This document shows, one piece after another, positions 49,290 to 57,870 of a DNA stretch of 64,000 nt. A model generated the notes under the pieces. It worked only from the letters and a program-made list of their open reading frames with translations. It searched no databases and was not told where the DNA came from. The translations under genes were made by a program, and so were the position numbers. Origin of the DNA: Candidatus Levyibacteriota bacterium. Lineage in GTDB: Bacteria; Patescibacteriota; Microgenomatia; Levybacterales; UBA12049. Where the stretch lies: the NCBI GenBank assembly GCA_027334565.1, contig DAHWUP010000001.1:16674-80673 (forward strand), given 5' to 3'. The first letter of the stretch is position 1; each line of letters starts with the position of its first letter.

Positions 49290-49454
49290 ATTCTGTCTAT
49301 AGCTTAAAGTAAATATTCCTTCGGAATACAGACACTACGCTTCGCTAGTCCACGGGAACCTATTATAAACGCCTAATTGTTATCGCAATTTCAAAATAAA
49401 CTGCTGAAAAAGTCTTCGATCCTCCCGCAACTACAGGAATAATCTCTTATCTTT

Positions 49455-49487
49455 CTTAAGCCTTATTTAAGAATTGCCTGCTATCAT
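49455..49487 (+). promoter_or_regulatory. OmpR/CiaR-like direct repeat + -10 driving an intergenic transcript
   Basis: CTTAAG-N5-TTTAAG-N10-TATCAT. Confidence 0.65.
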
Positions 49488-49493
49488 TTTTAA

Positions 49494-49693
49494 ATTAATG
49501 AGAAAGTATGGATTGTTAAAACATTATTCCTCTTCGCCTATTCAGCCTCAATTTATAGTAATTACAATTACTGCGCTAACCCTAAATCCGCGATATATTT
49601 ACAGCCCAACGATAGATAGTTGAGCCAGATCTTAAATAAAGGAGGAAATATGCTGCAAAGCATAAGAGGCACCCGAAAAGGGTGTCTTTTTTT
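49494..49693 (+). ncRNA. Candidate ~200-nt small RNA (may encode a 41-aa peptide, 49498-49623)
   Basis: Bounded by the direct-repeat promoter and an intrinsic terminator; contains hairpins and an SD/anti-SD pair. Confidence 0.5.
49664..49693 (+). terminator. Intrinsic terminator
   Basis: AAGAGGCACCC-GAAAA-GGGTGTCTT followed by a T run. Confidence 0.8.
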
Positions 49694-49720
49694 ATCGAAA
49701 GAGACTGTCACTGGAGCATC

Positions 49721-49755
49721 AAAAAAACCCACCTGAAAACACAGAGCCAGGTGGG
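49721..49755 (-). terminator. Intrinsic terminator hairpin on the minus strand
   Basis: CCCACCTG-12 nt-CAGGTGGG followed by T7 on the minus strand. Confidence 0.75.
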
Positions 49756-49763
49756 CAAGAAGG

Positions 49764-49796
49764 ACAGTACTACCCTTAACTGAAAAGAAGCTTAAG
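49764..49796 (-). promoter_or_regulatory. OmpR/CiaR-like direct repeat + -10, minus strand
   Basis: CTTAAG-N5-TTTCAG-N10-TACTGT. Confidence 0.55.
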
Positions 49797-49846
49797 ATAA
49801 ATATCGTCTTCTTGACATAATGCTTAAAAAACTGCTTAAATTAAGT

Positions 49847-50707
49847 ATGGTCAAATTAAAGAAAAAACCGGCTTTCTTTTCAAGCGGATTCAAGTTTTTG
49901 ATAGTGGTCGTTGTTTCCACCATACTTGTCCTATCGGGTGTTACATATCAAACCAACTCCTTGCCGCGCCGCGTCTTGGGAGCATCGACGATAGCCGATA
50001 CTGCAGAAGGCCAACAAACGGATGGGCAGATCAATCAGCGCCCGGACTTTCAACCCCCTGCCGGTACGCAACAAAACCAGAATTTTCAAGAGGGGCAAAA
50101 TCCGCCTTCCCCGTTATATAGGGCAAGCTTCGAAACCCAAAATCATGAAAGATTTACATTGGGTCAGGATCATCCGGAAATCCAAATATCCAGTCAAGAC
50201 GGAAGGTTAAGTATAAAGGCCAGAAACCAGAACGGGCTTGAAACAGAACTAGACACCGGCTCGCTAGGCCTGATCAACGAAGGCCTGAGGAACGAAGGTC
50301 TGGAAATTGCGACCACCGAAGGAGGATTCTTATTAAGACAAGGTACTTATTCTGCGATGACCCATTTCCCGCTCTCGATAAATACGCTTACCAATCAGCT
50401 GACCGTCACTACTCCGACGGGTACAAAAACGGTAGCCGTTCTACCCGATCAAGCAGTTGAAAACCTGATCAGACAAAAATTCATTTCCGTGGTCGCTTCC
50501 TCATCCGCAGACACAGGTATAAATCTGGACGTTTACGCCAGTCAGTCGGCATTTATGATCAACGGAATCTTACACAAAAACTTATTCGGTTTTTTCCCGG
50601 TTAACATTGATAAGACCGCAGTAGTTTCAGCGGAAAACGGACAGCTTCTTACTACGTACGAGTCGTTTATAAACAAACTGCTCGACCTTCTCTCAGTTCC
50701 TTCCTAA
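49847..50707 (+). CDS. Hypothetical membrane-anchored extracellular protein
   Basis: N-terminal basic + TM, RRVLGAST, Q-rich linker, C-terminal KNLFGFFPV..VSAENGQLL (weakly PepSY-like). Start taken at ATG 49847, downstream of TTGACA 49812. Confidence 0.75.
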   Translation: MVKLKKKPAFFSSGFKFLIVVVVSTILVLSGVTYQTNSLPRRVLGASTIADTAEGQQTDGQINQRPDFQPPAGTQQNQNFQEGQNPPSPLYRASFETQNHERFTLGQDHPEIQISSQDGRLSIKARNQNGLETELDTGSLGLINEGLRNEGLEIATTEGGFLLRQGTYSAMTHFPLSINTLTNQLTVTTPTGTKTVAVLPDQAVENLIRQKFISVVASSSADTGINLDVYASQSAFMINGILHKNLFGFFPVNIDKTAVVSAENGQLLTTYESFINKLLDLLSVPS

Positions 50708-50713
50708 AAAAAC

Positions 50714-51106
50714 TTAAGCTTTCGCTTTAAATTCTAAAGCCAGGGAGTTGATGCAGTAGCGTTTACCGGTCGTTTTTTTAGGTCCGTCGTCAAAAACATG
50801 ACCCAGGTGTGAACCGCAATTTTTGCAGATCACCTCAATCCGGTGCATTCCCAAACTGCTATCGTCTTTAAGTATGACGTTCTCTCTGTTCACGGGGCTG
50901 TCAAAGCTTGGCCATCCGGACCCCGAATCGAATTTGGTATCGGACGAAAATAACTCCTGTCCGCAGGCGGCACAACAATACATTCCCGTTTGATGATTGT
51001 TATATAAAGCGCCGGAAAAAGCCGGTTCCGTGCCGTTTTCTCTTAGGACATGGTATTGTTCCGTGGTTAATTTTTTCTTCCAGAATGAATCCGATTTGTT
51101 TTTCAT
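50714..51106 (-). CDS. msrB: Peptide-methionine (R)-S-oxide reductase
   Basis: [33 protein letters not shown]; two CxxC Zn motifs. Confidence 0.97.
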   Translation of the reverse strand: MKNKSDSFWKKKLTTEQYHVLRENGTEPAFSGALYNNHQTGMYCCAACGQELFSSDTKFDSGSGWPSFDSPVNRENVILKDDSSLGMHRIEVICKNCGSHLGHVFDDGPKKTTGKRYCINSLALEFKAKA

Positions 51107-52228
51107 TTAGTTTACGTTAGCACCTATTGCCTGCGTGATATTGTCAAATCCGTCCTTTTTTAATAAATCTTCCAGTTCATAATTTATTTGCGAGGCAAGC
51201 TGCGGCCCCTCAAAGATAAGACCGGTGATCAGTTGAACCAGACTTGCCCCGGCTCTGATTTTATCATAGGCGTCTTTGCCGCAGAAGATTCCGCCGCAAC
51301 CGATGATCTTAATCTTTTGGCCGTATCTTTTATAAATCAGTTTTATAAGTTCGTTCGATCTTGCCCGGGTCGGTAGCCCGCTGAAACTTCCGGCGGGAAA
51401 TTTCTCCAGCTCTTCCCGAACAAAACTGCTATTATTTCTGTCTTTTTGCAAATTTCCCAAAATTACCGCTTTCACGGGATATTTAACTATTACATCCATC
51501 ATTTTAATTATTTCTTCGTTGTCTTTTGAAATCGGCATCTTGATAAAAACCGGTTTTGACGGTTTCAGGGCAAAAACCGCCTGCAAAAGTCCGCTGAGAT
51601 GTTCCGGTTCGTAAAATTCAATTTTCCCATATAAGTTCGGGCAGCTGATGTTAAGTTCGTAGAAACCGATATCCAGTTTTTCTTTTTCAACAACTTCAAA
51701 AGCGGAGACGATATCCTCTACGGCCGCACCCTGCGTTCTTAATTTCGCGGAATTGGTTTTTCCGATACTTATCCCCACCGGAAAAACAAAATTTTGTCCT
51801 TTAAGTTTTTCGACGATTTTTTTAATTCCTTCATTCTTAAATCCTTTGTTGACCATCAGCGACCTGGTTTTTACAAGTCTTCCTAGTCTTGGTTTTGGAT
51901 TGCCCTCGTAGGGCATGTTTGTGATTGTTCCTATGGTCTCAAAACCGAAATTAAGGCCGGGCAAAACCCACATCAGACTTGCTCCATAATCAAAACCCGC
52001 GGCAAGGCCGACCGGATTTCGAAAATTTATTCCGAAAAGTTGTTGTTCGAGTTCCTTTTGGGGATGACAGAAGAAAAATTTAAAAATTCCGCCAGAATAT
52101 TCATTCCCGAGCGCCTGGCCGAAACGGATAAAAAAATTATGGATGGATTCCGAGTCGGTCAAAAATAGCAGAGGCCTAAATAGATATTTATATGAATAAC
52201 CGGTTAAAAATACCAATCTTTTTTTCAT
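51107..52228 (-). CDS. pyrD: Dihydroorotate dehydrogenase, class 2-like scaffold
   Basis: NPVGLAAGFD, GNPKPRL.RL, NISCPN, FSGLP, IIGCGGI, GASLVQL. Confidence 0.88.
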   Translation of the reverse strand: MKKRLVFLTGYSYKYLFRPLLFLTDSESIHNFFIRFGQALGNEYSGGIFKFFFCHPQKELEQQLFGINFRNPVGLAAGFDYGASLMWVLPGLNFGFETIGTITNMPYEGNPKPRLGRLVKTRSLMVNKGFKNEGIKKIVEKLKGQNFVFPVGISIGKTNSAKLRTQGAAVEDIVSAFEVVEKEKLDIGFYELNISCPNLYGKIEFYEPEHLSGLLQAVFALKPSKPVFIKMPISKDNEEIIKMMDVIVKYPVKAVILGNLQKDRNNSSFVREELEKFPAGSFSGLPTRARSNELIKLIYKRYGQKIKIIGCGGIFCGKDAYDKIRAGASLVQLITGLIFEGPQLASQINYELEDLLKKDGFDNITQAIGANVN

Positions 52229-52280
52229 AATTCCCCGCTTATTTTAACATATCATGATTTTAACCAAAACCCTCTCCATC

Positions 52281-52325
52281 AAATTCTTAAACCCCATCCG
52301 TTGACGGCATAGGGTTTAAGAATTT
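52281..52325. terminator. 14-bp perfect inverted repeat downstream of the ABC operon
   Basis: AAATTCTTAAACCC-17 nt-GGGTTTAAGAATTT. Confidence 0.6.
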
Positions 52326-52340
52326 TTCCAAAAAAGGAAA

Positions 52341-52802
52341 CTATTGGGTAGGAGCCGGATTTGCCGGTCTTAATTGCTGCGGATTGATCTGAATATCGTT
52401 GGCAGTAATCGAACCGTCGGAGTTGGCGCTTCCTACGACCATTACCGTATCGCCTTGTTTAATATCCGAAAGGGATGCCTTTTGCGTATTCACATAGGTC
52501 GTAGAAGACCCAAGAACGACCAGTTTGGTCGACCCATCCTGCTGTTTTACGGTTAAAGTGTTATTCCCCAGGCTGATGATTTGCCCTCTGACCGGAGTAA
52601 ATCTTTGTCCACCCGCGGCGCCATTAGCGCCTCTTCCTGTAAAGAATTGTCCTCCGTTCCCACCGGCAAAGCTTCGATTACCGAATTGACCGCCTAACGG
52701 ATTTTGTGATTTTTGGTATTGCATTCCTGCGTAAAACCCTCCACCCGCGGCGACCAAAATCAGAATTATAGCAACAATAATTACCGAGTTAATGTTTTTC
52801 AT
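52341..52802 (-). CDS. Membrane-anchored DUF5666-like (OB-fold) protein
   Basis: TM + GGGFYAGMQY, G-rich linker, VRGQII..LSDIKQGDTVMVVG..DGSITA. SD-like AGGTGAG before ATG 52802. Confidence 0.75.
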   Translation of the reverse strand: MKNINSVIIVAIILILVAAGGGFYAGMQYQKSQNPLGGQFGNRSFAGGNGGQFFTGRGANGAAGGQRFTPVRGQIISLGNNTLTVKQQDGSTKLVVLGSSTTYVNTQKASLSDIKQGDTVMVVGSANSDGSITANDIQINPQQLRPANPAPTQ

Positions 52803-52862
52803 TTTTCTCACCTGCCTTTCCGTTAAAATTTTGCGTATTTATTTTTATGATTTTCATATTTT

Positions 52863-54086
52863 TTACTCATAACGCAGAGCCTCAATGGGAGATAAGTCGG
52901 CAGCTTTTTTGGCCGGATACCAGCCGAAAATGATTCCGATCCCACCCGAAACTCCTATTGCCAAAGCGATTGCGTAAAATGAAATCGTGAACGGAAGGCT
53001 TATAAAACTGGAAATTATCAATGAAAGTATTATCCCCAATACCATACCCGTTAATCCGCCGCCGAAGGTCAAGATGATCGCCTCGATAAGAAACTGCTGG
53101 ACTACGGTTGAATCTTTTGCGCCCAAAGCTTTACGCAGTCCGATTTCACGCGTTCTTTCGATGACCGTGACCAGCATGATATTCATGATCCCGATACCGC
53201 CGACCAGAAGTGAAATGGCGGCAATACCCGCCAAAAGCGAGGTGAAAGTTCCGGTTACCGAAGAAATGGTCGAGATTATATCCGCCTGCGAAAACATCGA
53301 AAAATCTGCCTGAGTCGGATCGCTTATCTTATGTCTTCGTAAAAGCAGATATCCCGCGTCGTTTTCTGCTTGGGTAATGCCGTTGGCGGAGGATGCCGAT
53401 AAAGAAATATCGGATATGTTGGTCATGCCAAAAACCGTCTTTTGCGCGGTAGTTAGGGGAATGAAAACGATATCGTCCTGGTTACCGAATCCCGACCCGC
53501 CCTTTGAAACAGTGACACCGATTATAGTAAACGGAATTTTATTGATCCTTATCGTTTGTCCGGTCGGGTCGACTCCGTCTCCGAAAAGGTCGCTTACCAC
53601 TGTCGGGCCGACCACCGCAACTTCCTGGTTGCCGTTTACTTGGGCATTGGTGATAAAAGTCCCCGAATCCATGGTTATGTTATGTACCTGAAGATACGCG
53701 GGCGTGACGCCATACACTTGCGTATTGGTGTTATTTTTGCCCGCCGTGATCTGCACGCGCCTTGAAACTTCTGGCGAAACCTGACTGATGGATGAAAAAT
53801 TCGCATTCTGGATAGCCAACGCATCATCATAAGTCAAAGAGGTAGCGCTGCCGAACCCGCCCTGTACACCGCCTGTACCTTGTTGTGATCCGGGGGTGAT
53901 TGTGATTAAATTTGCTCCCAGACCCTGGATCTGATTTTGTACCGCGGCTTGGCTTGCTTGTCCCAACGAAATAAGTGCGATAACAGCTCCGATACCGATA
54001 ACGATACCAAGCCCTGCCAAAGCGGTACGGACCTTATTCAAAAGTAGCGCTTCAAACGATGATGATAATAGTTCAGAAAAATCCAT
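52863..54086 (-). CDS. MacB/FtsX-like ABC transporter permease
   Basis: LGIVIGIGAVI, GGIGIMNIML.TV.ERTREIGLRKALGA, PIEALRYE. Confidence 0.93.
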   Translation of the reverse strand: MDFSELLSSSFEALLLNKVRTALAGLGIVIGIGAVIALISLGQASQAAVQNQIQGLGANLITITPGSQQGTGGVQGGFGSATSLTYDDALAIQNANFSSISQVSPEVSRRVQITAGKNNTNTQVYGVTPAYLQVHNITMDSGTFITNAQVNGNQEVAVVGPTVVSDLFGDGVDPTGQTIRINKIPFTIIGVTVSKGGSGFGNQDDIVFIPLTTAQKTVFGMTNISDISLSASSANGITQAENDAGYLLLRRHKISDPTQADFSMFSQADIISTISSVTGTFTSLLAGIAAISLLVGGIGIMNIMLVTVIERTREIGLRKALGAKDSTVVQQFLIEAIILTFGGGLTGMVLGIILSLIISSFISLPFTISFYAIALAIGVSGGIGIIFGWYPAKKAADLSPIEALRYE

Positions 54087-54087
54087 A

Positions 54088-54774
54088 TTAATGTTTCTTC
54101 CCGTTATGTTCCACCTTATCTATCTTTCCGTCCCTGATATGAATTGTACGCTGTGAAAATGCGGCGATGGACGGTTCGTGGGTAATCAAAACGATGGTAT
54201 GCCCCTGCTTTTGCAGACTTTGAAATATTTTCATTATTTCCTCCGCCTGAAGTGTAGAAATATTTCCGGTCGGCTCATCCGCTAAAATTATGGAGGGATT
54301 CATCGACAACGCTCTGGCAATTGCCACTCTCTGCATTTGTCCGCCGGATAATTGGCTTGAGGTATGCTCCATTCTGTCCGAAAGACCGACGTCGGTAAGC
54401 AGTTCCCTGGCCCTTTTTAACCTTTCGTCATTTGGGATACCGGCATAAACCATCGGCAACATGACATTTTTTATTGCGGTCGTCCTGGGCAATAAATTAA
54501 AAGCCTGGAACACAAATCCGATCTTTTTATTACGGATCTCCGCAAGCTGGTCTTTGGTCAATTTGCTGACATCCTCACCGTCCAAAATATAAGTACCGGA
54601 AGTTGGAGAATCCAAAGCTCCCAAAATATGCATTAACGTGGATTTTCCCGAACCGGAAGGACCCATGATCGCCACAAATTCCCCTTTTTTTATCGAGAAT
54701 GAAACATCATCCAAGGCGACCGTTTCAACCCCTTCCATTTTGTAGATTTTAGTAATATGGGAAACGTCTATCAT
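54088..54774 (-). CDS. ABC transporter ATP-binding protein (MacB/LolD type)
   Basis: [25 protein letters not shown]. Confidence 0.95.
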   Translation of the reverse strand: MIDVSHITKIYKMEGVETVALDDVSFSIKKGEFVAIMGPSGSGKSTLMHILGALDSPTSGTYILDGEDVSKLTKDQLAEIRNKKIGFVFQAFNLLPRTTAIKNVMLPMVYAGIPNDERLKRARELLTDVGLSDRMEHTSSQLSGGQMQRVAIARALSMNPSIILADEPTGNISTLQAEEIMKIFQSLQKQGHTIVLITHEPSIAAFSQRTIHIRDGKIDKVEHNGKKH

Positions 54775-54789
54775 AAATCATATTCCTTT

Positions 54790-56070
54790 TTAACCACCTC
54801 TAAAGAATAACGCCCTGCCCGCACCACCGCCCGCGCCACCACCTCTGGTTGCGCTAAACGGAGACGTACCGCCGGAAGAAGTGGTCGAAGTCTGACTGGT
54901 GATGACGGTTTCGCCTTCACTAAGTCCGGAGGTAATCACTGTTTGCGAACTCGATGAGTCTCCGACCTGAACCGAAACCGTTACCGGTTGGCTGTTTTGT
55001 AAGACCTTGACCGATGAGGCTGTTCCGACCGTCTGAACGGCACTTGAGGGGACCAGCAATACGTTATCGTCAACTTTGGTGATGATATTGGCGGTTGCGC
55101 TCATGTTGGGAAGGATGTCGTTTTCGGATTCGTCAAGCTGAATGATCGCGGGATATGTTACAACTCCGGACGATACCGTTCCTGTCGTATCGATACCCAA
55201 GACCTTACCGGTAAATGTTTTGTTGGGAAGTGCGTCAAAAGTAATTGTCGCTTCTTGTCCTACCTTAATCTGCGGCGCATCGACCTCGGAAACGCTGACC
55301 GATACCGTAGCCGCGTTTCCGGTTTGAATCGACGCTACGGTTTGGTTGGATATATTGGTTGAAGAACCCGCACTGGTGTTGCTTGAACCTATTTGCATCC
55401 CTTTGGTGATCAAAAGGTCACTGACCGTACCTGAGGTGGGTGCAACTATTGTCCCCGATGTTAACTGATAGGAGATTTGGGCATTGTTGACGTTGGCCTG
55501 CGCCTGGGCAATGACGTTGGTTTGATTTTCGTAAGCCGCTTCCGCCGCGAGCCAGGCTGCCTGTTCTTCTATATAAACGGGGTCCTGCATGTCCTGTTGC
55601 GTCGGATTGGTTATCCCTTTATCGTTCACGAATTTTTGGTTGGCGACAAATTCCTGGTTCTGTAACGTATAAAGCTGTGCCTGAGCGCTGCTCAAGTTAT
55701 TCTGTGCGGAGATCAAAGATGAATAAGCCTGGGCCTGTCTTTGCTGCCCGGCGGTATCTAGCGTCACATCGGCTATTTTATCGCCCTTATTGACAGATTG
55801 CCCAGATTTTACATATACGTTGGTAACTATGCCCGACGCCTGGGTCACCACGCTTACCTTATTGGAAACAGCCACAGAGCCTGTCTCACTTAACGAAACC
55901 ACCAGGGTTCCTTTGGTCACCTGGGCTGTCTGATACTGGACGCTGTTAGAGGATGAACTAAGTCTTGCGTATGTAAGATATCCTAAAATTACAATGATGA
56001 TAATTGCCGCAACTTTTTTTCTGACACTCAGGTTTTTGATAAAATTTAAAGCCTTTTTGATTAATTGCAT
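54790..56070 (-). CDS. MacA-like periplasmic adaptor
   Basis: TM, ASGIVTNVYVKSGQSVNKG, coiled coil, IVAPTSGTV, SGLSEGETV. Confidence 0.9.
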   Translation of the reverse strand: MQLIKKALNFIKNLSVRKKVAAIIIIVILGYLTYARLSSSSNSVQYQTAQVTKGTLVVSLSETGSVAVSNKVSVVTQASGIVTNVYVKSGQSVNKGDKIADVTLDTAGQQRQAQAYSSLISAQNNLSSAQAQLYTLQNQEFVANQKFVNDKGITNPTQQDMQDPVYIEEQAAWLAAEAAYENQTNVIAQAQANVNNAQISYQLTSGTIVAPTSGTVSDLLITKGMQIGSSNTSAGSSTNISNQTVASIQTGNAATVSVSVSEVDAPQIKVGQEATITFDALPNKTFTGKVLGIDTTGTVSSGVVTYPAIIQLDESENDILPNMSATANIITKVDDNVLLVPSSAVQTVGTASSVKVLQNSQPVTVSVQVGDSSSSQTVITSGLSEGETVITSQTSTTSSGGTSPFSATRGGGAGGGAGRALFFRGG

Positions 56071-56077
56071 TTTGCCT

Positions 56078-56110
56078 ATGATACCGGACTAAACTGAAAA
56101 GTTCCTTAAA
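56078..56110 (-). promoter_or_regulatory. OmpR/CiaR-like direct repeat + -10 of the ABC exporter operon
   Basis: TTTAAG-N5-TTTCAG-N10-TATCAT-N7-ATG. Confidence 0.7.
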
Positions 56111-56115
56111 ATAAA

Positions 56116-57147
56116 TTAAGCCGTATTCAATAAAATCGTAAATTTGGTTCCCTTATTCGTCTCGCTTTCAACGCTTATAGTCCCATTATGCAAAGTTACG
56201 ATCCTTTTTGCAATAGAAAGCCCTAACCCGTAACCCTGGTAATCGTTTTTCGTCCTGGATTTTTCCGCTCTATAAAATCGATCGAATATAAACGGTAAAT
56301 CTTCTTTGGCGATGCCGATGCCCTGGTCCTCAACCGTGATTTGAATTTTGGAATCGTACTTTTTGGCAGATACCTTGACCGTCTTCCCTTGCTTACTGTA
56401 TTTAACCGCGTTATCCAACAGAATCACAAACAGTTCGGTCAGGCTTTTTTCATTACCGATAAGATTCACTCTCGGTAGATTTATTAATATCTTTATCTTT
56501 TTATTTTTCGCCTGCGCATTAACTTTTTCCAATGCCTGGTTCAATATTTTCTGCAGTAAAAGCTTTGATATGCTCATATTACCGTTCAGTCTCTGGTATT
56601 GATTAAGCTTGATCAGCTCGTCAGACAGAACCTGCAGACTGTTAACGTCCTCAAGATTACTTGCCATCAATTTCTTGGCTTTTTCGATTGTAAAATTCTT
56701 ATCGCGTAAATTTACTTCAATGGCGGTTTTTAACGATGTTAAGGGCGTGTTGAGCTCATGCGAAGCATCGGTGATGAAACGGTTCTGCTCATCAACCATC
56801 TCTTTGATCGGCCTTAAGGTTCTTCCCGCCAAAAAATAACCCGCAAAGGAAGAAAAAAACAAGATCATCAAGTTAATTAAAAATAACCCTTCGGCAACCC
56901 TTGTCTTGGTAGCCTGTATAAGCGCCGGGTTTGGTATTACGGGTAAAGGAATATCCTGATCCCATACCGGTAGTTGAACATTTTGTTGGATAGATTGTGG
57001 ATGCTGCAATCTGTAATCTTCAATTCGTAATACCCGGGTGAATTCTCTGGTAGAACCTACATAAATGACCACGCTAAAGGAGATGCTGACGGCCATGATG
57101 ATAAACAGGTACCAGACCGTCAATTTTAATCTTGCTTTGGTAAACAT
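56116..57147 (-). CDS. Sensor histidine kinase (2 TM, HisKA + HATPase)
   Basis: ASHELNTPL, LLDNAVKYS, DQGIGI, IFDRFYR, GYGLGLSIA. Confidence 0.95.
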   Translation of the reverse strand: MFTKARLKLTVWYLFIIMAVSISFSVVIYVGSTREFTRVLRIEDYRLQHPQSIQQNVQLPVWDQDIPLPVIPNPALIQATKTRVAEGLFLINLMILFFSSFAGYFLAGRTLRPIKEMVDEQNRFITDASHELNTPLTSLKTAIEVNLRDKNFTIEKAKKLMASNLEDVNSLQVLSDELIKLNQYQRLNGNMSISKLLLQKILNQALEKVNAQAKNKKIKILINLPRVNLIGNEKSLTELFVILLDNAVKYSKQGKTVKVSAKKYDSKIQITVEDQGIGIAKEDLPFIFDRFYRAEKSRTKNDYQGYGLGLSIAKRIVTLHNGTISVESETNKGTKFTILLNTA

Positions 57148-57825
57148 TTACTTATCCCCCAGACGATAGCCAAAACCTCTCACCGTGTGAATCAACGGTT
57201 TTGAGCTGCTGAACGGTTTATCTATCTTATTGCGAAGATAACCGATGAAGACCTCGACCGTATTAGGCAAAATATCGGCGTCGTAATTCCAAACGTGACT
57301 GATAATCTGATCCTTGGTTAAGATTTTACCCTCGTGCCTCATCAAAAATTCAAGGATCGCAAACTCTTTCGATGACAGGTCTATCTGCTTATTTGCTCTT
57401 TTGACTTCAAAACTGGTCGAATTAAGCGACAAATTACCGACATTCAAAATATCGCTAACGGAATTTCTCGGCCTTCTTGCCAGAGCTTTAATTCTTGCCA
57501 GAAGCTCTTCGAACGCAAAAGGTTTGGTAAGATAATCGTCCGCTCCGTTGTTTAAACCCTCAACCTTATCCATTATTTGACTTTTGGCGGTTAAAATTAA
57601 AACTGGAGTGTGGTTATTCATTTCCCGCAGTTTTTTGCAAATACTTAATCCGTCCATCCCGGGGAGAAGCCTGTCTAAAATGATAAGATCGTACGATTCG
57701 CTCGAAGCAAGGTCATATCCGGTGGTGCCTTCATATGCCAAATCCACTATGATATTTTCCTGCGACAACCCCTGCTTGATGGAATTGGCAATTTTATGTT
57801 CGTCCTCAACCAGCAATACCTTCAT
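57148..57825 (-). CDS. OmpR/PhoB-family response regulator
   Basis: LLVED, IILD, LILTAK, GADDYLTKPF, VEVFIGYLRNKID, TVRGFGY. Confidence 0.96.
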   Translation of the reverse strand: MKVLLVEDEHKIANSIKQGLSQENIIVDLAYEGTTGYDLASSESYDLIILDRLLPGMDGLSICKKLREMNNHTPVLILTAKSQIMDKVEGLNNGADDYLTKPFAFEELLARIKALARRPRNSVSDILNVGNLSLNSTSFEVKRANKQIDLSSKEFAILEFLMRHEGKILTKDQIISHVWNYDADILPNTVEVFIGYLRNKIDKPFSSSKPLIHTVRGFGYRLGDK

Positions 57826-57831
57826 GCGATG

Positions 57832-57864
57832 ATTATAGCAAAGAAGGCTTAAAATTACCTGAGA
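57832..57864 (-). promoter_or_regulatory. Autoregulatory direct repeat + -10 of the TCS operon
   Basis: TCTCAG-N5-TTTAAG-N10-TATAAT-N6-ATG. Confidence 0.7.
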
Positions 57865-57870
57865 TTTATA

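Noticed and set aside
49494-49693. Known riboswitch (c-di-AMP, cobalamin, M-box)
   Set aside because: Only short fragments (GCTAACC, GAGCCAG) resemble them; the conserved cores were not found by eye. An Rfam search is needed.
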